Positions 28,917-38,958 are shown, numbered from the stretch's first letter. The stretch is DNA of 64,000 nucleotides from Bacteroidales bacterium (GCA_021738535.1 JAIPBU010000012.1:7095-71094); one strand, 5' to 3'. Notes: generated by a model from the sequence alone, not told the origin. Made by a program: numbers and translations.

Positions 28917-29476
28917 TGTTTTTCAAGTTTCATATTAATGCTTACCAGGATCTTATCAGCGATATTCTTGATAAGGAGCTTAGGCCTTTTTATATTGAAG
29001 TCATCAAGCAGGACATAGAATTCTGCTTTGCCGTATAAGATGTTGCCCTCTTTTCTGAGTTGAGCTTTTACATCTAACTCCTTGCTTATTCCGTGTATAT
29101 TGATAATCCCTTCAACAGGAAATGACTCATTTGTATCTGACAAATCATCACTATTTATTCCTTTGATGATCCCGGAAAAAGTTGATTCAGGATACTTATC
29201 GGATTCCATGTATTGCTCGTTAAAATGTTTCTTCATTAATCGTTTTTTAAAACCAAAATCCCTGATTTTTACCAGTACTGCAATTTCTCCGGTACTTGCA
29301 TTCAGTATAGCCCTTGATGAATTGCTGGTGGCTTTAATGTCTTCGAGTAGGGTTGATGAATAGAACTGTATATTTACGTTCTCATCCCGGTATATGTCAG
29401 GCTGCGAGCTTGCACTGTCAGAATAATAAATTATACATATTAATATAACTAGTATTTTTAACGTACTATTTGCCAT
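28913..29476 (-). CDS. YceI-family protein
   Basis: The pattern NIQFYSS..LEDIKA, ESDKYPESTFSG and IHGISKEL..A matches the second YceI gene at 57076. ATG 29476 gives a normal signal peptide. Confidence 0.75.
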   Translation of the reverse strand: MANSTLKILVILICIIYYSDSASSQPDIYRDENVNIQFYSSTLLEDIKATSNSSRAILNASTGEIAVLVKIRDFGFKKRLMKKHFNEQYMESDKYPESTFSGIIKGINSDDLSDTNESFPVEGIINIHGISKELDVKAQLRKEGNILYGKAEFYVLLDDFNIKRPKLLIKNIADKILVSINMKLEKQ

Positions 29477-29604
29477 AATCTCTACTTGACTGTTCCATAA
29501 CCTATTAACACCAATCTGCATATATGGTTCATCAAAACGAGGTAAATATTAAGGAATTTTGTAATTTGGAATGCCTTTACAGATCAAACTAAAATGTGAC
29601 TGAT

Positions 29605-30966
29605 ATGAATTCATCAAAACCTAAAAGAAAAAGAATATTGACCGGGGTATTTACTGTTGTTTTACTGGTTATACTGACAGCAGCAGTCTATTTAAATTCT
29701 TTAATGCCAATTATTACGGGATACGCGGCAAAGAATCTTTGTTCTGCCGTTTTTGTGTCAGGCAGAGGCCAGGCGGATGTTGAGAACCTGGACCTCGATT
29801 TTTCATTTATCTCTTACGTTAACAGTGATGTGGATACAGATAATAAGACTGTTACAAGCAGGTTTCTTTGGGGTAAGTCAACGGCTGTTTACCGGGATGG
29901 TTTTGGTGTTACACTGCTACAGGAAAAAACTGCAGATGATATAAGGAAAATTAAATTCCCCGAAATATCACCGGCCTACAGCGGTGATACAATAGCATGG
30001 CCCATGGGAGATGTACTGCCTGACTCATTGCAGGAAGCCGGCAATACTGCTTTTGATGAAATAAGTAATAAGCTGGTGAACGACCAGGCATACGGTGGTA
30101 CGGCCTTTGCCTTTATGGTCCTTCATAAGGGAGTGCCCGTGACTGAAGCATACAGGGAAGGATTAAGCAAAGACACTAAACTTCTGTCCTGGTCAATGGC
30201 CAAGAGTGTTACAAATGCCCTTGTTGGAACAATGGTTGCAGACAGCATAATAAGTATCACCGGGAATGAGCTTATTGATGAATGGGGCGAAGATAAACGC
30301 AGCACTATTACCATAGAGAACCTTATGCATATGCAGAGCGGACTGGAATGGAACGAGGACTATGGCAACAGGTCTGATGTAACTGTTATGCTTCATTGCG
30401 AGCCCGACTTTGCTGAATATGCCTATAGCAGGTACCCTGAGCATGATCCGGGCACATTCTGGTACTATTCCTCCGGTACAACCAATATAGTGAGTTACAT
30501 TCTCAGGCAGCAGTTCGATAACGATGACAAATACTATGCATTTACTCATAAAAAGCTGTTTTACCGCATTGGCATTACAGATGCCGTTTTCGAACCTGAT
30601 GAGTCGGGCACACTGGTCGGATCATCGTATCTGTATATGACAGCAAGGGATTATGCACGTTTTGCACTGCTTTATATGAATGATGGTGTGTTTAACGGTG
30701 AACGTATCCTTCCTGAAGGCTGGGTTGATTATACAGTCACACCTGCTTCTGAAAGTGGCGGACGCTATGGATCTTTCTTCTGGCTAAACCGCGACGGGGG
30801 CTTTGAAAACGCACCTGAAGACATGTACATGTGCATAGGACACGACGGCCAGAGGATATTTATGATCCCTTCCCTGGACCTGGCAGTGGTAATACTGGGC
30901 TATTCTCCATCTGACTCTATGGATTTTGAAAGCATAATTTCAGATCTGACTGCCATCGTAGAATAA
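29605..30966 (+). CDS. Serine hydrolase, beta-lactamase/PBP-like fold, membrane anchored
   Basis: N-terminal TM and an SxxK active-site box (SWSMAKS). ATG 29605 is preferred because the track start at 29596 is GTG. Confidence 0.75.
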   Translation: MNSSKPKRKRILTGVFTVVLLVILTAAVYLNSLMPIITGYAAKNLCSAVFVSGRGQADVENLDLDFSFISYVNSDVDTDNKTVTSRFLWGKSTAVYRDGFGVTLLQEKTADDIRKIKFPEISPAYSGDTIAWPMGDVLPDSLQEAGNTAFDEISNKLVNDQAYGGTAFAFMVLHKGVPVTEAYREGLSKDTKLLSWSMAKSVTNALVGTMVADSIISITGNELIDEWGEDKRSTITIENLMHMQSGLEWNEDYGNRSDVTVMLHCEPDFAEYAYSRYPEHDPGTFWYYSSGTTNIVSYILRQQFDNDDKYYAFTHKKLFYRIGITDAVFEPDESGTLVGSSYLYMTARDYARFALLYMNDGVFNGERILPEGWVDYTVTPASESGGRYGSFFWLNRDGGFENAPEDMYMCIGHDGQRIFMIPSLDLAVVILGYSPSDSMDFESIISDLTAIVE

Positions 30967-31047
30967 ATGTTTTATTAGAAAATTTTAATTTTATTTTAAA
31001 ACAATTACTTTTATATATTGTTATCCAATTAATTAAAAAATTGTAAC

Positions 31048-31410
31048 TTGCTTAAGAAAGCAGCACATATAATTATCACACTTACTCTATTGTTTGCAAC
31101 AACAGGAGTAACGGTTTCCAAACATTACTGTGGGAATAACCTAAGGGGTATAGCAGTAATGAAAGCAGCTGCTTCATGTTGTGACTCAGATTCATGCTGC
31201 CATACCGAATCAGACTTTTATCAGGTTGATGATGATTTTATTTTAGAATACAATGATTTTCAACCGGTTATTCAAGCAGCGTTATCCGTAATTTATGTTT
31301 CATATACTGAACCACTACAATATGACTTAAACGCTTTTAGCAATTTTTATCTTAAAATTCCGCCACCAGGAAAGCCGCCCCTGGCTATGATACAATCGTT
31401 CTTATTATAG
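31048..31410 (+). CDS. HYC_CC_PP-type small protein preceding the metal efflux pump
   Basis: TM, then SKHYCG, CCDSDSCCH and the C-terminal PPPGKPP. It has a TTG start and no in-frame ATG that keeps the signal segment. Confidence 0.55.
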   Translation: MLKKAAHIIITLTLLFATTGVTVSKHYCGNNLRGIAVMKAAASCCDSDSCCHTESDFYQVDDDFILEYNDFQPVIQAALSVIYVSYTEPLQYDLNAFSNFYLKIPPPGKPPLAMIQSFLL

Positions 31411-31503
31411 TTTATTACCAGTAATAACCGGATAGGCAGGAACTTGTCACAGGCCGGTTTTGTATGTTGACGTAATGATTATTAACTATAATAACGATGA
31501 TCA

Positions 31504-34500
31504 ATGATTGATAAAATAATAAAATTTTTCCTTGAGAATAAGCTGGTAACCTTTATTGTTCTTGCAGTTTTGCTCTTATGGGGTATTGCCAGCTCTCCAT
31601 TTAACTGGGATACCGGTATCCTGCCCGCAGACCCTGTTCCTGTTGATGCTATTCCCGATATCGGTGAAAACCAGCAGATAGTTTACACAGAATGGCCGGG
31701 AAGATCACCCCAGGATATAGAGGACCAGGTTTCTTACCCCCTGACAACGGCATTACTTGGTATCCCTGGTGTAAAAACAATACGAAGCAATTCAATATTT
31801 GGCTTGTCAAGTATATATTTAATATTCGAAGAAGATATTGAATTTTACTGGAGCAGGACACGTATACTTGAAAAGCTCAATTCACTACCACCCGGCACAT
31901 TGCCAGACGATGTTAATCCTTCGCTGGGACCTGATGCAACGGCTCTCGGACAGATATACTGGTATACTCTTGAGGGAAGGGATAAAAATGGTAATCCGGC
32001 CGGCGGATGGGATCCCCAGGAATTGAGAACTATACAGGATTTCCATGTCAGGTATGCATTGACATCTGCACCCGGGGTGGCTGAAGTAGCATCCATAGGT
32101 GGTTATATAAAGGAATACCAGGTTGATATTGATCCGGATGCCATGAGGGCCTATGGAGTTAATATTTCACAGATAATGAATGCTGTTAAAAACAGTAACC
32201 TGGACATTGGTGCCCGCACGCTTGAGTTTAACCGTGTTGAGTACCTCGTAAGGGCACTTGGTTATATCAGGAACCTGGGGGATCTTGAAAAAAGTGTTGT
32301 GGCGGTAAGGGATAATGTACCGGTGAGGATAAAGGATGTGGCAAGGGTTAATTACGGTCCCGGTACACGTCGCGGCGGTCTTGATAAAGGAGGTGCTGAA
32401 GCAGTTGGTGGTGTTGTGGTAGCACGTTACGGGGCCAACCCGCTTGAAACCATTGAGAATGTTAAGAAAAAGATAGAAGAAATAGAGCCCGGACTTCCGT
32501 CTAAAACACTTGATGACGGAAGTGTTTCCAAAGTAAAAATTGTTCCTTTCTACGACAGGACAGGCCTGATAAAAGAAACCCTTGGTACACTGGAGGAAGC
32601 AATATCATTGCAGTTGCTTATAAGTATACTGGTTATTATTGTTCTTGTACTTAACCTGAGGGCCTCTTTCCTGATCTCCGGACTCCTGCCTGCAGGCGTG
32701 CTTATGACTTTCATTATAATGAAGCAATTCGGCGTTGATGCCAATATTGTAGCATTGTCAGGTATTGCAATTTCAATTGGCGTTATGATTGATGTCGGGA
32801 TCGTGATCACTGAAAATATAATAAGGCATATTGAGCAGGAAAAGAATTCAGGCTCAGGATCCAGGAAACTGATTACAGTCATATATGACGGAACAAAGGA
32901 AGTGGCAGGAGCTGTTTTTACAGCTATAGCTACAACTATTGTCAGCTTCCTGCCCGTTTTTGCCATGGAGGCTGCCGAAGGAAAATTATTCAAGCCCCTT
33001 GCTTTTACAAAAACCTTTACTATGGTATCAGCATTGGTAATCGGGCTCATTATTATACCGGCACTGGCTCATCTGGTTTTCTCTCTTAAAACAGATAAAA
33101 GAAAATATTTAAAAGCACTGAATCTGATAGCTGCGCTGGCAGGTATATTGCTAGCCGTTTTTAGCGGTAATATGATTGCCCTGGCTATAACAGCCTTCGG
33201 GGTTAATAATTATTTATCAGGACGTTGGGTGCCAGGGAAAAAACAGTGGGTAAACTATATTAATATTATCATTACAGCTTTCGTGGTAATATATTTTCTA
33301 TCAAGGGTGTGGTTACCGCTGGGGGCTCAAAACTCACTGGCGGCTAACTTTATCTTTGTTATCTCAATTGTAGCTGTAATTCTGGCCGTTCTTTCAACAG
33401 TAGTGTATTATTACAGGAGGATATTGGGATGGACACTTAATAATAAATGGACTTTCCTTTCCATTCCATTGCTTATTATTCTTTTCGGTATTACAGCATG
33501 GCAGGGATTTGACAGGATATTCGGCTTTATGCCTGGTCTTGTGAAAGAAACCCGGCTTTACAGTTCACTCGATAAATCAATCCCGGGACTGGGCAGGGAA
33601 TTTATGCCCTCACTTGATGAAGGATCATTTCTCCTGATGCCTACAACAATGCCTCACTCAGGAATTCAGGAAAACCTTGAAGTGATAAGGTTACTTGATA
33701 AAAAAGTTAATTCAATACCCGAAGTAGATGTAGTGGTAGGTAAATGGGGACGGGTTAATTCGGCCCTGGATCCGGCACCGGTCTCAATGTATGAAAATGT
33801 AATTAACTACAAGCCTGAATATATTCTTGATGAAAAAGGACACAGGAGGAGGTTTAAAAAAGACCGGGACGGCGCTTTTGTTCTAAGTAACGGTAATACA
33901 TATAATCCCGGCAAAGATGCATTCAGAGTGATCCCGGACAGCCTTCTGATAAGTGATAAGAATGGCGATTATTTCAGGCAATGGCGTAAGGAGATTACAT
34001 CAGCAGATGATATCTGGAATGAGATAATTAGGGCTGCAAAAATACCAGGTCTTACCTCGGCACCTAAGCTGCAACCAATATCAACCAGGCTTGTTATGTT
34101 GCAGACTGGCATGAGGGCTCCCATGGGGATAAAGGTTTATGGGCCTGATCTTGAAAGCATTGAACAAACAGGGCTGGAAATGGAAAAGCTTCTTACGAAT
34201 GTGGAAGGAGTAAAGGGTAGTTCTGTTTTTGCCGACAGGGTAGTAGGTAAACCCTACCTTGAGATCGATATAGACCGTGATGCAGCAGCTCGCTATGGCT
34301 TGTCTGTTAAACAGCTCCAGACAGTAATAGGAGGGGCTATTGGTGGTATGAGATTAAGCACTACGGTTGAAGGCCGGGAAAGATTCCCCGTGAGGATGAG
34401 ATATGCACGTGAATTCAGGGATAACCCCGAGGACCTGGAAAAGATAATTATTCCTGCTTCAGACGGACAGCAGGTGCCCCTGGGTGAGCTTGTCAATATA

Positions 34501-35304
34501 AAATACACGAGGGGACCACAAATGATAAAAAGTGAAAATACTTTTCTTGTGTCCTACGTGATATTTGATAAAAAAGACGGCTATGCTGAAGTGGATGTAG
34601 TGGAAAACGCTGATAAATATCTTAATGAGATGATCGATGAAGGAAAATTCAGTCTCCCGGCAGGTGTCAGTTATACTTTCACGGGTAATTATGAGAACCA
34701 GGTACGTGCAACAAAGCGCCTGGCACTGGTGGTTCCTGTATCACTTATTGTTATATTCCTCATATTGTATTTCCAGTTCAGGTCTGTTGTGTCAACATCC
34801 TTTATATTCAGCGGTATACTGGTTGCTTTCTCAGGAGGTTTCATTATGTTGTGGTTATACGGGCAGCCATGGTTTATGGACGGAACACTGGCAGGCATGA
34901 GCCTGCGTGATTTATTCCAGGTAAAAACCATTAACATCAGTGTGGCTGTATGGGTTGGTTTTATTGCCCTGTTTGGTATTGCAACTGATGACGGAGTACT
35001 CATAAGCACCTATATCAGGCAGTCCATGGATAAATATAAACCGGTATCTGTTAAAGAATTACATAATGTGATAATTGAAGCAGGGGCTAAAAGAGTAAGG
35101 CCTGCCATGATGACCACGGCAACAACACTGATAGCACTGCTTCCGGTACTTACGTCAACCGGTAAGGGATCTGATATTATGGTGCCAATGTCAATACCCC
35201 TGTTCGGAGGGATGTTGATTGCGGTACTGACAATGTTCGTTGTGCCAGTATTATATGGTATGTGGCAGGAATCGATAATAAAAAAAGAACCAAAGAATAA
35301 ATAA
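31504..35304 (+). CDS. CusA/CzcA-family heavy-metal efflux RND transporter (long form, 1266 aa)
   Basis: RND architecture throughout. Characteristic blocks include IPDIGENQQIVYTEWPGRSPQDIEDQVSYPL, IALSGIAISIGVMIDVGIV and GIATDDGVL. Confidence 0.95.
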   Translation: MIDKIIKFFLENKLVTFIVLAVLLLWGIASSPFNWDTGILPADPVPVDAIPDIGENQQIVYTEWPGRSPQDIEDQVSYPLTTALLGIPGVKTIRSNSIFGLSSIYLIFEEDIEFYWSRTRILEKLNSLPPGTLPDDVNPSLGPDATALGQIYWYTLEGRDKNGNPAGGWDPQELRTIQDFHVRYALTSAPGVAEVASIGGYIKEYQVDIDPDAMRAYGVNISQIMNAVKNSNLDIGARTLEFNRVEYLVRALGYIRNLGDLEKSVVAVRDNVPVRIKDVARVNYGPGTRRGGLDKGGAEAVGGVVVARYGANPLETIENVKKKIEEIEPGLPSKTLDDGSVSKVKIVPFYDRTGLIKETLGTLEEAISLQLLISILVIIVLVLNLRASFLISGLLPAGVLMTFIIMKQFGVDANIVALSGIAISIGVMIDVGIVITENIIRHIEQEKNSGSGSRKLITVIYDGTKEVAGAVFTAIATTIVSFLPVFAMEAAEGKLFKPLAFTKTFTMVSALVIGLIIIPALAHLVFSLKTDKRKYLKALNLIAALAGILLAVFSGNMIALAITAFGVNNYLSGRWVPGKKQWVNYINIIITAFVVIYFLSRVWLPLGAQNSLAANFIFVISIVAVILAVLSTVVYYYRRILGWTLNNKWTFLSIPLLIILFGITAWQGFDRIFGFMPGLVKETRLYSSLDKSIPGLGREFMPSLDEGSFLLMPTTMPHSGIQENLEVIRLLDKKVNSIPEVDVVVGKWGRVNSALDPAPVSMYENVINYKPEYILDEKGHRRRFKKDRDGAFVLSNGNTYNPGKDAFRVIPDSLLISDKNGDYFRQWRKEITSADDIWNEIIRAAKIPGLTSAPKLQPISTRLVMLQTGMRAPMGIKVYGPDLESIEQTGLEMEKLLTNVEGVKGSSVFADRVVGKPYLEIDIDRDAAARYGLSVKQLQTVIGGAIGGMRLSTTVEGRERFPVRMRYAREFRDNPEDLEKIIIPASDGQQVPLGELVNIKYTRGPQMIKSENTFLVSYVIFDKKDGYAEVDVVENADKYLNEMIDEGKFSLPAGVSYTFTGNYENQVRATKRLALVVPVSLIVIFLILYFQFRSVVSTSFIFSGILVAFSGGFIMLWLYGQPWFMDGTLAGMSLRDLFQVKTINISVAVWVGFIALFGIATDDGVLISTYIRQSMDKYKPVSVKELHNVIIEAGAKRVRPAMMTTATTLIALLPVLTSTGKGSDIMVPMSIPLFGGMLIAVLTMFVVPVLYGMWQESIIKKEPKNK

Positions 35305-35307
35305 ACA

Positions 35308-36540
35308 ATGAAGATCATAAAATACATAACATTCATATTTTTCATTGCTGGCTCTTCATTGCTTTCGGGGCAGGAAGATCTTAATAATTACCTCCGGGAA
35401 GCTGCTGAGAACAATCCCGGTCTGAAAGCCCGGTTCAATGAATATATGGCAGCACTTGAAAAGGTGCCACAGGCAGGATCATTGCCTGATCCTCAACTTG
35501 CTTTTTCATGGTTTATCAGCCCCGTTGAAACAAGAATGGGACCTCAGCAACTAAGGCTTTCATTATCGCAGTTTTTTCCATGGTTCGGTACTCTACGGGA
35601 CAGGGAGAATGCAGCTATAAAAAGCGCAAGGGCCAGGTATGAATTATTTGAAGAAAGCAAGTCAGCTCTTTATAAAGATATCAAAGCTCTTTATTTTAAC
35701 CTGTATTTCTTTGATAGTTCAACGGATATTACCCGTGAGAATATCCAGCTGCTGGAAGTAATTAGGAAGTTAGCTGAAGTTAAGCTTGAATCCGGTCTCG
35801 TTTCGGCTCTTGATGAATACAGGATCAGTATGGAAATCAATGACCTTGAGAACCAGCTTTTGCTTCTGAACGATAAATATTTAAGCCTTGAAACAGAGTT
35901 CAGAAACCTTGTGGGGAGTGATAATATAGGGCAAATCAGCATCCCTGATTCTCTATGGCTTGATGATTTCTCCCTTGGCAGGATGCAGGCAATGGATTCT
36001 GTACTGTCAGGTAATCACAGCCTCTTATCACTCGAATTTCGTAAAGCTGCCATTAACTATGAAAAGGATGCAGCGGAAAAAGCCGGTTTACCGGATTTCA
36101 GGATTGGATTAGACTATATTGTTACAGGCCGGGGTGATGACAATCTCTCCGGGAAAGATGCTTTTGCTTTCCCCACAATAGGTATATCGATTCCAATATA
36201 CAGGAATAAATACCGTGCTATGGTTAAGGAAGCAGGATACCGTGAGGAGGCGAGTATAAATGAGGCAGAAGACAGGGTTAATGCCCTTGAAACATTATTT
36301 GAAAACGCCTGGCGCGATTACCGTGATGCAGACAGGAGGGTTAAATTAAACGAAGAACAGGCCAGGCTCGCTGAGAACTCACTAAGGTTACTTGAAGAAC
36401 AATACAGCACAGCAAGCATAAACCTCGAAGAGATACTGAGAATGGAGCGAAGGTTATTACAATATAAACTTGAATATGAAAAAGCTAAGGCTGACAAACA
36501 GGCAGCCATAGCATTTATTTATTATCTGATGGGTAAATAA
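35308..36540 (+). CDS. TolC-family outer-membrane efflux protein
   Basis: Signal peptide. It has NNPGLKA and two long coiled-coil repeats typical of OEP proteins, and starts 4 nt after the pump gene. Confidence 0.85.
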   Translation: MKIIKYITFIFFIAGSSLLSGQEDLNNYLREAAENNPGLKARFNEYMAALEKVPQAGSLPDPQLAFSWFISPVETRMGPQQLRLSLSQFFPWFGTLRDRENAAIKSARARYELFEESKSALYKDIKALYFNLYFFDSSTDITRENIQLLEVIRKLAEVKLESGLVSALDEYRISMEINDLENQLLLLNDKYLSLETEFRNLVGSDNIGQISIPDSLWLDDFSLGRMQAMDSVLSGNHSLLSLEFRKAAINYEKDAAEKAGLPDFRIGLDYIVTGRGDDNLSGKDAFAFPTIGISIPIYRNKYRAMVKEAGYREEASINEAEDRVNALETLFENAWRDYRDADRRVKLNEEQARLAENSLRLLEEQYSTASINLEEILRMERRLLQYKLEYEKAKADKQAAIAFIYYLMGK

Positions 36541-36552
36541 AGAATTAATGTT

Positions 36553-38352
36553 ATGAAAAATATTATAAATAAAATAAAAGAAAATTATCTGATACTTATC
36601 GTGGTCCTGTTAACAGGGCTTTCGATGGGATATGCATTCTTTAATGATAATGACCGCAAAGACCAGGTATCAGAAGAACTGAGCGGCCATGAAGGCCACG
36701 ATCATGAAGGTGAAGACCCTTCAACATGGACTTGTTCTATGCATCCTCAGATTAAGCAGGAAGAACCCGGCGACTGTCCTATCTGCGGGATGGACCTTAT
36801 CCCACTGTCTGCACTGGATGAAGGCAGTGGTGAAGAATATGCCGGTGCGGTAATGATGAGCAGTGAAGCTGCCCGACTGGCTGATATACAGACCAGCGTT
36901 GTCAGAAGAGCTAAACCGGTTAAAACCATTTACCTGCAAGGGAAAGTAGAGACTGATGAAAGTGAAATGGCAGAGATAACCTCACGCTTTGGAGGCCGGA
37001 TTGAAAAACTGCATATCAGTTTTACCGGTGAGCAGGTAAATAAAGGGGAAAAACTGGCTACCCTGTATTCTCCGGAGCTTGTTAATGCCCAGCGAGAGCT
37101 GCTAGAAGCTTATACCATGAAGGACAGCCACCCGGCAATCTACAGGGCTGCAAGATCAAAGCTTAAGTTATGGGATCTGAGTGATAAACAGATCAACAGG
37201 ATCGAGCAGCAATCTGAACCAGAATTATACTTTGATATATTGTCGCCTATTTCAGGCACGGTCATGCAAAGACATGTGTCTGCCGGGGATTATGTAAAGA
37301 CGGGAGAATCTATGTTTATGGTCTCCGATCTAAGCCGTTTATGGGTGGTCTTTGATGCATACGAGGACGACCTGCCATGGATAAGGGAAGGAGACAGTAT
37401 TGAGTTTACAGTCCGTTCACTGCCAGGGAAAACCTTTTTGTCTGAGGTGGACTTTATTGATCCTTTCATTAACAGTAAAACCAGAACGGCAGGACTGAGG
37501 GTGGAAGTAGATAACAGGCAGGGAGAACTCAAACCCGGTATGTTTGCGGGAGCTAAGCTCTATTCAACCACAGCGGATAACAGTGATGAACTTATGATTC
37601 GCCGTTCAGCAATCCTGTGGACAGGTAAGAGATCTGTGGTATATGTTAAGGTGGCGGACAGCGAATCACCTGCTTTTACTTACAGGGAGATAGAAACCGG
37701 TGCCAGGGCAGGAGAGTATTACCTTGTAGCCTCCGGGCTGGAAGAAGGTGAAGAGATTGCCACCAACGGCGTCTTTAAGATCGATGCAGCTGCCCAGCTG
37801 GAAGGAAAAAAAAGCATGATGAACCCCGGTGGTGGAAAAATATCAACCGGGCATGATCATGGAAATATGGAAATGGGTTCGGAAGACAGACAACAGGATA
37901 CCCCTTCACTTTTCAGGGACCAGTTAACTGCATTTTATGATGCTTATGTAAGTATGAAAGATGCTTTAGTGGAAACGGATGCAGGCAAGGTTAAATCAAG
38001 GTCCCGGGATGTTATTAATGCCCTGGAAGATGTCGATATGGCCTTACTGGCAGGTGATGCCCATATGCAATGGATGGATCAGCTTGAGGAACTTGAGAAA
38101 ACAATCAGGGAAATAATTGACTCAGATGATATAGAAAAGCAAAGAAAAGCCTTCCTGGAATTGAACAATACTTTCTACCGGACTGTTAAGACTTTTGGGT
38201 TGAACCATGATACAGTCTATTACCAGTACTGTCCGATGGCCAACAATGACCAGGGAGGTTACTGGTTTAGCAATGAAGAAGAAATAAGAAACCCGTATTT
38301 CGGGGATATGATGCTTAAATGCGGAGAAGTCCGCGAAATGATAGTTAATTGA
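36553..38352 (+). CDS. RND periplasmic adaptor with an N-terminal metal-binding domain and a C-terminal DUF3347-like domain
   Basis: HEGHDHEGED then CSMHPQI..PGDCPICGMDL. The barrel-sandwich/lipoyl core has GRIEKL..GEQVNKGEKLATLYSPEL. The C-terminus has YCPMANNDQGGYWFS. Confidence 0.85.
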   Translation: MKNIINKIKENYLILIVVLLTGLSMGYAFFNDNDRKDQVSEELSGHEGHDHEGEDPSTWTCSMHPQIKQEEPGDCPICGMDLIPLSALDEGSGEEYAGAVMMSSEAARLADIQTSVVRRAKPVKTIYLQGKVETDESEMAEITSRFGGRIEKLHISFTGEQVNKGEKLATLYSPELVNAQRELLEAYTMKDSHPAIYRAARSKLKLWDLSDKQINRIEQQSEPELYFDILSPISGTVMQRHVSAGDYVKTGESMFMVSDLSRLWVVFDAYEDDLPWIREGDSIEFTVRSLPGKTFLSEVDFIDPFINSKTRTAGLRVEVDNRQGELKPGMFAGAKLYSTTADNSDELMIRRSAILWTGKRSVVYVKVADSESPAFTYREIETGARAGEYYLVASGLEEGEEIATNGVFKIDAAAQLEGKKSMMNPGGGKISTGHDHGNMEMGSEDRQQDTPSLFRDQLTAFYDAYVSMKDALVETDAGKVKSRSRDVINALEDVDMALLAGDAHMQWMDQLEELEKTIREIIDSDDIEKQRKAFLELNNTFYRTVKTFGLNHDTVYYQYCPMANNDQGGYWFSNEEEIRNPYFGDMMLKCGEVREMIVN

Positions 38353-38389
38353 GGCTAAGGCTAAGGTTATATATATGGGATTACCTTGT

Positions 38390-38930
38390 AACCGCCGGAG
38401 GCGGTAAATAACAATAGCCCCGGTTTCACACGGGGGTAAGAGTATGATAAATGAATGTTCAATAACCGCCGGAGGCGGTAAATAACAATAGCCCCGGTTT
38501 CACACGGGGGTAAAGAGTATGATAAATGAATGTTCAATAACCGCCGGAGGCGGTAAATAGCAATAGCCCCGGTTTCACACGGGGGTAAAGAGTATGATAA
38601 ATGAATGTTCAATAACCGCCGGAGGCGGTAAATAACAATAGCCCCGGTTTCACACGGGGGTAAGAGTATGATAAATGAATGTTCAATAACCGCCGGAGGC
38701 GGTAAATAACAATAGCCCCGGTTTCACCCGGGGGTAAGAGTATGATAAATGAATGTTCAATAACCGCCGGAGGCGGTAAATAACAATAGCCCCGGTTTCA
38801 CCCGGGGGTAAAGAGTATGATAAATGAATGTTCAATAACCGCCGGAGGCGGTAAATAACAATAGCCCCGGTTTCACCCGGGGGTAAATGTAATAGCAATG
38901 TAAATAAACAGCCCCGGAGGGGGCGAATAG
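38390..38930. repeat. Tandem array of 7 copies of a 74/75-bp unit plus a degenerate terminal remnant; two GC hairpins per unit
   Basis: Units start at 38390, 38464, 38539, 38614, 38688, 38762 and 38837. The unit is AACCGCCGGAGGCGGTAAATAACAATAGCCCCGGTTTCACACGGGGGTAAGAGTATGATAAATGAATGTTCAAT. The remnant hairpin GCCCC-GGAG-GGGGC lies at 38911-38924. Confidence 0.95.
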
Positions 38931-38958
38931 TATTATTATTAACCAAAAACAGATTATC

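Noticed and set aside
38390-38930. CRISPR array
   Set aside because: There are no unique spacers: the entire 74/75-bp period is repeated nearly identically. There are also no cas genes in the window.
38390-38930. Tandem tRNA or tRNA-like genes, because the unit length of 74-75 nt matches tRNA size
   Set aside because: No acceptor-stem pairing between the unit ends. There is no GTTCRANYC T-loop, since the candidate loops are GTTTCACA and TTTCAC. Only two short hairpins are present rather than a cloverleaf.
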